DNA from: Candidatus Latescibacterota bacterium
GTDB lineage: Bacteria; Latescibacterota; UBA2968
Direction of reading: 5' to 3'
Length of the DNA stretch: 64,000 nt
Assembly (NCBI GenBank): GCA_965198115.1
Contig: OZ240241.1
Span: 4,896,001-4,960,000 of the forward strand
Every line of letters begins with the position of its first letter. Position 1 is the stretch's first letter. Positions 58,836 to 64,000 of this stretch are shown here, piece by piece. The notes under the pieces are model-generated. The model saw only the letters and a program-made list of their open reading frames with translations, had not been told where the DNA came from and ran no database searches. The translations under genes were made by a program, and so were the position numbers.

Positions 58836-59015
58836 ATGGGTGCAAAAGACAGAGAACTGGCGGAGCTCTATTGGCAGCTCCAGAAGAGGGTTCATACGGA
58901 CCCGAAAGTGCGGTCGTATCTGCACTCTCTGACGCGCATTCTCAAGGCGCGACGCATTCGTCCGAACGCCCTCAACAAGGTCGGACTCGAGCTCGCCGGA
59001 CAGAATCGAATCTGA
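58836..59015 (+). CDS. 59-aa basic hypothetical protein
   Basis: Strong RBS AAAGGAG; MGAKDRELAELYWQLQKR...QNRI*; followed by a hairpin. Confidence 0.75.
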   Translation: MGAKDRELAELYWQLQKRVHTDPKVRSYLHSLTRILKARRIRPNALNKVGLELAGQNRI

Positions 59016-59038
59016 CCCACCTTCATCCTTGAAGCGAG

Positions 59039-59067
59039 ACGCCCCTGTTCCTTGAGAACGGGGGCGT
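59039..59067 (+). terminator. Hairpin after the small basic gene
   Basis: ACGCCCCTGTTC-cttga-GAACGGGGGCGT. Confidence 0.55.
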
Positions 59068-59090
59068 TCTGCTGTACAACAAAAAAGGCA

Positions 59091-59117
59091 GCCACTGAGA
59101 ACACTGAGAGCACGGAG
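59091..59117 (+). repeat. 9-nt-period tandem repeat (CACKGAGnn x3)
   Basis: GCCACTGAGAACACTGAGAGCACGGAG. Confidence 0.7.
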
Positions 59118-59188
59118 AGGTGGGTAGACCCTGACATCTGGGCCCATCGGGGAGGACGGTGATAGGGCCCGACACCGGACGTGGTGGC

Positions 59189-59217
59189 TTGCCAAGCGGG
59201 GGGTGGCGGACTACTTT
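59189..59217 (+). promoter_or_regulatory. Sigma70-type tRNA promoter
   Basis: TTGCCA-17 nt-TACTTT, 10 nt upstream of the tRNA. Confidence 0.6.
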
Positions 59218-59227
59218 CATTGAACGT

Positions 59228-59314
59228 GCGAAAGTGGTGGAACTGGCAGACACGCCAGATTTAGGATCTGGTGGCCGAGAGGCCGTGGGGGTTCGAATCC
59301 CCCCTTTCGCACCA
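59228..59314 (+). tRNA. tRNA-Leu (anticodon TAG)
   Basis: Acceptor stem GCGAAAG/CTTTCGC, anticodon arm CCAGA-TTTAGGA-TCTGG, long variable arm GGCC-GAGA-GGCC, T-loop GTTCGAATC, encoded CCA. Confidence 0.96.
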
Positions 59315-59525
59315 ATATAAACACCATACCCAGGACAGGTATTTACGGAAGGGCTCCCCGCTTTGAGGAGGCCTTTCGTATTTGGCAGTAAAGTTCAGTG
59401 TCCATAGAAGTGTCCACGAGCCTACACGAAAACCCCAGTTTTCAGAGGGCCGTAGGGGGTAGCTCCCCCGCACGGCTCCGTCTCGCCGGCGGCCCTCGTA
59501 AACCCTCAGACGGGAGGGAAAAGCG

Positions 59526-60461
59526 ATGCTACCTGCGGAAGACTGGAATCGGCACAACCGTGAGCTCATCTCTCAGCCAACACCTGGCGCGCCCGCAGAT
59601 TGCAACCAGTTGAGAGAGGATATCCTCTCAGGTTTGGAGAAGTTTCGTCGGTCGAGCATCGAGCCCTCGCCGCTTTGGACGGACGTGCCGTTCACCGAGG
59701 AGCTGTTTGCTGATCTTGACGAGGATGATGTTGACCTGTATCAGCGCTGTCTGTGCCCGGAGTTTCTGCGAGTGAACGTCTACTTTACTCTCAGAACGCT
59801 CGTCCTCTTCGTCAGCGAGCAGGCCATCGCCTACGGATCCCCTCAGCAGGTATCCGAGATCGTTGAGACACTCACCCGCCTTTCCAAGAAGCACAGCGGA
59901 GTTGGCCAAGTGCCCGTGGCCGGTATCTTCTTTCTCTGCAGCAACGCTTGGACAGCGTATGTCGGTAGGGAATCCATGCAGGCAATGAGGGAGGCCGAGG
60001 AAGCTGGGCTTGCGGTCGCCATCGAGCGGGCGACTGAACTCACGGCGGCCATCCACCGGATAATCCGATTCGTGTCGCCCGGCCACGTGCTGAACGATTT
60101 CCTTGGAGCGATTGATGCAGGCGATGAGAGCCTGCGACTCTGGAATGTTGTAGGAGAGAAGATCCAGGAACTCGGACTGAGAAGACCCCTCCAGGAGCTC
60201 GAGGACAGTATAGAACTAGAGTTGGGACGTCTCCGCGCAGAGCACAAAGAATGGGCTGAAAGGGTGTTCGGTGATCGACCGAGGCAGATATCCTACTTGC
60301 CTCAGGACGTGTATCGTGCTTGCCAGGGCATCGCGGATGCCTTTGAGCTTGGACGGGGATCTTACTATGGGACCCGCAAGGACGCTTGTGAATTGCTGAC
60401 TCTTTGCGGAATCGGGATAGATGTCGACACACTTCGGAAGTGGCGTTCTCGGAACCCGTGA
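59526..60461 (+). CDS. Hypothetical protein with a possible C-terminal HTH
   Basis: 311-aa ORF with RBS GGAGGG; ends RKDACELL...IDVDTLRKWRSR. Confidence 0.65.
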   Translation: MLPAEDWNRHNRELISQPTPGAPADCNQLREDILSGLEKFRRSSIEPSPLWTDVPFTEELFADLDEDDVDLYQRCLCPEFLRVNVYFTLRTLVLFVSEQAIAYGSPQQVSEIVETLTRLSKKHSGVGQVPVAGIFFLCSNAWTAYVGRESMQAMREAEEAGLAVAIERATELTAAIHRIIRFVSPGHVLNDFLGAIDAGDESLRLWNVVGEKIQELGLRRPLQELEDSIELELGRLRAEHKEWAERVFGDRPRQISYLPQDVYRACQGIADAFELGRGSYYGTRKDACELLTLCGIGIDVDTLRKWRSRNP

Positions 60462-60653
60462 ACATGCCCCCTTTGCGAGAAAGTGAGATGTTCACGGGTT
60501 TTATGAGAAGTTGGACTAGTTCGTATATTCACGCATAGATGGGTAGAGAAAGACCCCCGATCGTGATCAAGACGACCAGGGGCCGGAGCACACTACCGGA
60601 TCGCACCAGTAGGTACACCCCCAAGATACAGCCTAAAGCCAGAGGAGATCAAG

Positions 60654-60854
60654 ATGAGTGTGAAAGTTGTTGGAGATCGCCTGCTGAAGCCCGCGGAAGC
60701 CGCCGAGTATCTCCAGTGCACGGAGAATACGCTCCGGTGTTGGGTGAGTCGCCGGCGCGTGCCTCACGTGAAAATCGGTAGGTCTGTTCGGTTTCGTCTG
60801 GCCGACCTCGAGGCATTCGTCGAAAAGAACTTGGTCAAACCCGTCGCGGCCTGA
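60654..60854 (+). CDS. Excisionase-family helix-turn-helix protein (HTH_17/MerR-like)
   Basis: LLKPAEAAEYL....NTLRCW.....VPHVKIGRSVRF...DLEAF; RBS AGAGGAG. Confidence 0.9.
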   Translation: MSVKVVGDRLLKPAEAAEYLQCTENTLRCWVSRRRVPHVKIGRSVRFRLADLEAFVEKNLVKPVAA

Positions 60855-60969
60855 GTTCGTCCAAACTCACGTCATGAACCTCAAAGGACTTGGAATCCGG
60901 TGATCTACGGAACCGGCGTCGCACTGCCTGGATATTTCTGATCAAACGTCCGTACGTCAGAAACATTCA

Positions 60970-63552
60970 TTGTGGACGCCTGTCCCGGCGACGACCGGAA
61001 GGGAAGAGGAGACCACAATTCCTCACTTTCCGTCCCCTTATCTGCGTGGCGGTGGATCCTTGAGAACAGACACTGACGAAGCTATCGCGCAATTCCGGAC
61101 AGCGATCCGCGATGCTGGGCTGACCCCGCCGGAGAGCATTGAGCCGGACGGAAGACTGCATCGCTTTTCCAGCAACGGCCAGCCTCGCGATGACGCCGGA
61201 TGGTATGTCCTCTTCGGCGACGAGTTTTCTGTAGGAAGTTTCGGCTGCTGGCGCGGCGGGATCTCTCAGACCTGGCGAGTGAAAGGTGACCGCAAGTTAT
61301 CCCCGCGTGAGCAGACCGTGCACCGAGAGCGAAAGGCGTCAATAAAACGCGTGCGTCAGGCCGAGTACGCAAAGTGCAAGGCAGAGGCCCAGAAGAACGC
61401 AGTAGAGATATGGCGAACCTCCGAACCGGCGACCGACGATCATCCCTACCTGGTCAGAAAGGGCGTGAAGGCGCACGGGTTGCGTGTGCTGGGTGATGGG
61501 AGACTGGTCGTCCCGATGTTTGAGGGGGCAGAACTCCATAGCCTGCAATTCATCCTGGCGGCAGGGAAAAAGAAGTTCCTGACCGGAGGGCGTGTGAGGG
61601 GCTGCTACTTCCCGATCGGACAGCCGGACGGCATCCTGTGCCTCGCGGAAGGCTTCGCCACGGCCGCCACTATTTACGAAGCCACAGGCCACGCCGTGGC
61701 GGTGGCCTTCAGCGCTAGTGGTTTGCCGTTGGTAGCGCGGCTGCTGCGAGCGAAGTATCCCGACCTGCAACTAATCATTTGCGCTGACGACGATACCAAG
61801 AAGGACGGCAGCAATCCTGGAATGACGGCAGCACAAGAAGCGGCTCGAGAGGTTGATGGGCCGCTTGCCGTCCCGGACTTCGGAGACGATTGGCAGGTAG
61901 GCGCAAGCGACTTCAATGACCTGGCGCAGCAGTCAGGGCTTGAGGCGGTAAAGATATGCATCGAGCGGGCCGAAGCTGTTTCCCGGTCGGAGCCAGTTAC
62001 GCCGGCCGGTCTGTTGGATGCGGCAGGCGTAACCGCTAACCTAAAGGGAGTGGACGCCGCGACGGATGCCCTTCGGCAACTGGTGCACGTGCTCAAGAAA
62101 ACCAGGGCAGACGACCTGCTGCGCGCTGGGGTGCGGGAGGAAGCTGTAAACCGCCTCAAGGAGGCGGGGATAACAGCGTCGGCGAGGATGGTCGATGCGG
62201 CGCTCCGCGCCCGGACGAGCGACGGTGAGGACAATGGGCAGGGACAACGTCTTCTGCTCACCGACCCCGAGCCGTGGGACGGCCCCGTGGACGGTGCTGA
62301 CTTGATAGATGAGGTGGCCCGCACGATTGTTCGCTACGTGGTGCTCCCCGAAGGTGCGGCGACGGCGATCGCCCTCTGGGTGTTGTTTGCTCACGCCCAT
62401 GATATAAGTGTCGTGTCGCCACTCCTCTCCATCACCTCACCGACGAAAAGATGTGGCAAAAGCACGCTGATGATGTTGGTCAGCGGCTTGGTGCCGCGAC
62501 CGCTACCGGCGTCAAACATCACGGCTGCTGCTCTTTTCCGGACGGTCGACACTTGTAATCCCACGCTTCTGATTGATGAGGCCGATAGCTTTCTCAAGGA
62601 GCACGAGGAGTTGCGCGGCATTCTCAACTCGGGTCATACGCGTGCGATGGCCTACGTCGTCAGGTGTGACGGCGACGACCACGAGGCGCGCGCCTTCTCC
62701 ACTTGGTGCCCGAAGGTCCTGGCCCTGATAGGGCAGTTGCCTGACACGCTCGCTGACAGGTCCATCGTCGTACCGATGCGTCGCCAGGGACGTGGGGAGC
62801 GCGCTGAACGCCTTCGCCTGGATAAGCTGAATCTGGAGGACCTGCGTAGCAAAGCGGCACGCTGGGCGGCGGACAATATGGGTCCGCTGCAAGGCGCGGA
62901 CCCGGACGTGCCGAGTTCCCTGGACGACCGAGCTTCCGACAACTGGCGGCCCCTGTTGGCGATCGCCGACTGCGTCGGCGCAGATTGGCCGGAAGAGGCT
63001 CGTAGGGCTGCCGTGGTACTGTCGGGGGCGCCGGAGGAGGATGGCGCGACCGGTACGCTACTGCTGGGAGATCTGAAGCGTGTGTTCGACGAGCAAGAGG
63101 TCGACCGCCTGACATCGGCCAAGATCGTCGAAGGGCTCATTCAGATGGAGGAACGGCCGTGGCCAGAGTGGCGCGGCGGGAAGCCCCTTACGCAGCGCGG
63201 CCTTGCCCGGCTGTTAGGGCCTTTCAGCGTTCGACCCCAACAGCTTTGGATCGATGGGGCGAAGACACGGGGCTACAATCGCGATGACTTCGTAGACGCC
63301 TGGACGCGCTACCTAGTTCCTGACCCTCCCACCGGGGCTTTTTCCGAGGGACCCCCGGCCCCAAGTGGTAGGTCCGGTAGGACCCGCGTCAGGACTGCGT
63401 TTCAGCCAGATTCGCAAGCGGTAGGCGCTCGCAATCCTACCAGTTGCGAAAACGCCCAAAAACCGCACCAGGACTGCCTCCTACCGGTCCTACCACTTGC
63501 AAACCGCCCATCTGAGACGGAAGTGAATGAAGATGGCTGGACGGAGGTATGA
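60970..63552 (+). CDS. TOPRIM primase fused to a DUF3631-type P-loop helicase domain
   Basis: HPYLVRKG, AEGFATA, ICADDD, DFND, Walker A SPTKRCGKS, Walker B LLIDEAD, DRASDNWRPL, W...GKPL...LARLL. The true start may be TTG near 61060. Confidence 0.85.
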   Translation: MWTPVPATTGREEETTIPHFPSPYLRGGGSLRTDTDEAIAQFRTAIRDAGLTPPESIEPDGRLHRFSSNGQPRDDAGWYVLFGDEFSVGSFGCWRGGISQTWRVKGDRKLSPREQTVHRERKASIKRVRQAEYAKCKAEAQKNAVEIWRTSEPATDDHPYLVRKGVKAHGLRVLGDGRLVVPMFEGAELHSLQFILAAGKKKFLTGGRVRGCYFPIGQPDGILCLAEGFATAATIYEATGHAVAVAFSASGLPLVARLLRAKYPDLQLIICADDDTKKDGSNPGMTAAQEAAREVDGPLAVPDFGDDWQVGASDFNDLAQQSGLEAVKICIERAEAVSRSEPVTPAGLLDAAGVTANLKGVDAATDALRQLVHVLKKTRADDLLRAGVREEAVNRLKEAGITASARMVDAALRARTSDGEDNGQGQRLLLTDPEPWDGPVDGADLIDEVARTIVRYVVLPEGAATAIALWVLFAHAHDISVVSPLLSITSPTKRCGKSTLMMLVSGLVPRPLPASNITAAALFRTVDTCNPTLLIDEADSFLKEHEELRGILNSGHTRAMAYVVRCDGDDHEARAFSTWCPKVLALIGQLPDTLADRSIVVPMRRQGRGERAERLRLDKLNLEDLRSKAARWAADNMGPLQGADPDVPSSLDDRASDNWRPLLAIADCVGADWPEEARRAAVVLSGAPEEDGATGTLLLGDLKRVFDEQEVDRLTSAKIVEGLIQMEERPWPEWRGGKPLTQRGLARLLGPFSVRPQQLWIDGAKTRGYNRDDFVDAWTRYLVPDPPTGAFSEGPPAPSGRSGRTRVRTAFQPDSQAVGARNPTSCENAQKPHQDCLLPVLPLANRPSETEVNEDGWTEV
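63362..63499. repeat. Long imperfect palindrome built from GGTAGG/CCTACC units (ori-like)
   Basis: 21-bp outer arms with one mismatch, plus inner TTCGCAA..GGTAGG / CCTACC..TTGCGAA. Confidence 0.75.
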
Positions 63553-63962
63553 CCATGACATCTTTGCAAATCCTCTCAGAGGTTCGCAGGCGGGGCATTG
63601 AACTGCAGGCTGTTGGCGACAGCCTACGTTTCCGTTCGATGCAAGCTGTCCCACCGGAATTGCTGTCCGCCATTCGCACCCACAGAACTGAGCTATTGGA
63701 GATGCTGCGCCTACCGGAAGACGGTGGCCAAACAGGTACGCCCAGTGCCGCGCCTGTAGGCATTGAACGGCTGGAAGCAGCTGAAGAGGAGTTTGTGCAC
63801 CTGGATGTTGTCCCTCTTGACGTTGTCCTTTGCATCGGAGACCCGGAGCAGCCCGGGTGCTGGCTGGCTTATCGACGGATGAACCGGACACGACAGGGCC
63901 GCGGGGACTCTCAGGCGACGGCGGTTTTGGAGCTTGCAAGAGCCGAGGGCGATGCTGGATGA
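63549..63962 (+). CDS. Small protein with a TubC N-terminal docking-like domain
   Basis: GIELQAVGDSLRFR....PPELLSAIRTHRTELLEML; ATGA overlap with the primase stop. Confidence 0.65.
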   Translation: MTMTSLQILSEVRRRGIELQAVGDSLRFRSMQAVPPELLSAIRTHRTELLEMLRLPEDGGQTGTPSAAPVGIERLEAAEEEFVHLDVVPLDVVLCIGDPEQPGCWLAYRRMNRTRQGRGDSQATAVLELARAEGDAG

Positions 63963-64000
63963 GGAGGTGTGCCCCAACATTCTCGGCCCGGTGGGATGTG

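Larger units (their letters stand above)
59315..64000 (+). mobile_element. tRNA-integrated phage-satellite-like or integrative element (continues beyond the window)
   Basis: Excisionase-like HTH and primase-helicase genes follow the tRNA 3' end directly; AGTGTCCA direct repeats near the junction; no integrase in view. Confidence 0.7.

Overview
GC-rich bacterial chromosome segment. The gene set (LptD-like protein, DUF4159/DUF4175/MoxR block, FlgD-type Ig domain) suggests an FCB-group diderm, possibly Latescibacterota-like; this is inference. From left to right it holds: bioD (partial) and bioA; lutABC; several hydrolases; an ISAzo13 element with an ISL3 nested in its right end; a long beta-CASP nuclease with a duplicated C-terminal module; an S9 peptidase; an internally deleted RAYT transposase remnant; an arginine operon (argR-argC-[GNAT pseudogene split by a second ISAzo13]-argB-argD-argG-argH); a run of hypothetical and envelope genes, several frameshifted; two near-identical IS630 copies; a long minus-strand operon (dtd-maf-rodZ-like-priA-flippase-CxxCxxCC-DUF4159-DUF4175-TPR-secreted GATase-like-moxR-DUF58); an lptD-like gene; an orphan cNMP histidine kinase; two microproteins behind sigma54- and sigma28-type promoters; and tRNA-Leu(TAG) followed by the left part of an integrated satellite-like element. 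That element carries an HTH gene, an excisionase-like gene, a TOPRIM-DUF3631 primase-helicase with a palindromic ori-like 3' end, and a TubC_N-like gene. Intergenic spaces carry at least five short repeat families. No CRISPR array or rRNA was seen. All calls come from motif reading by eye; no database search was run.
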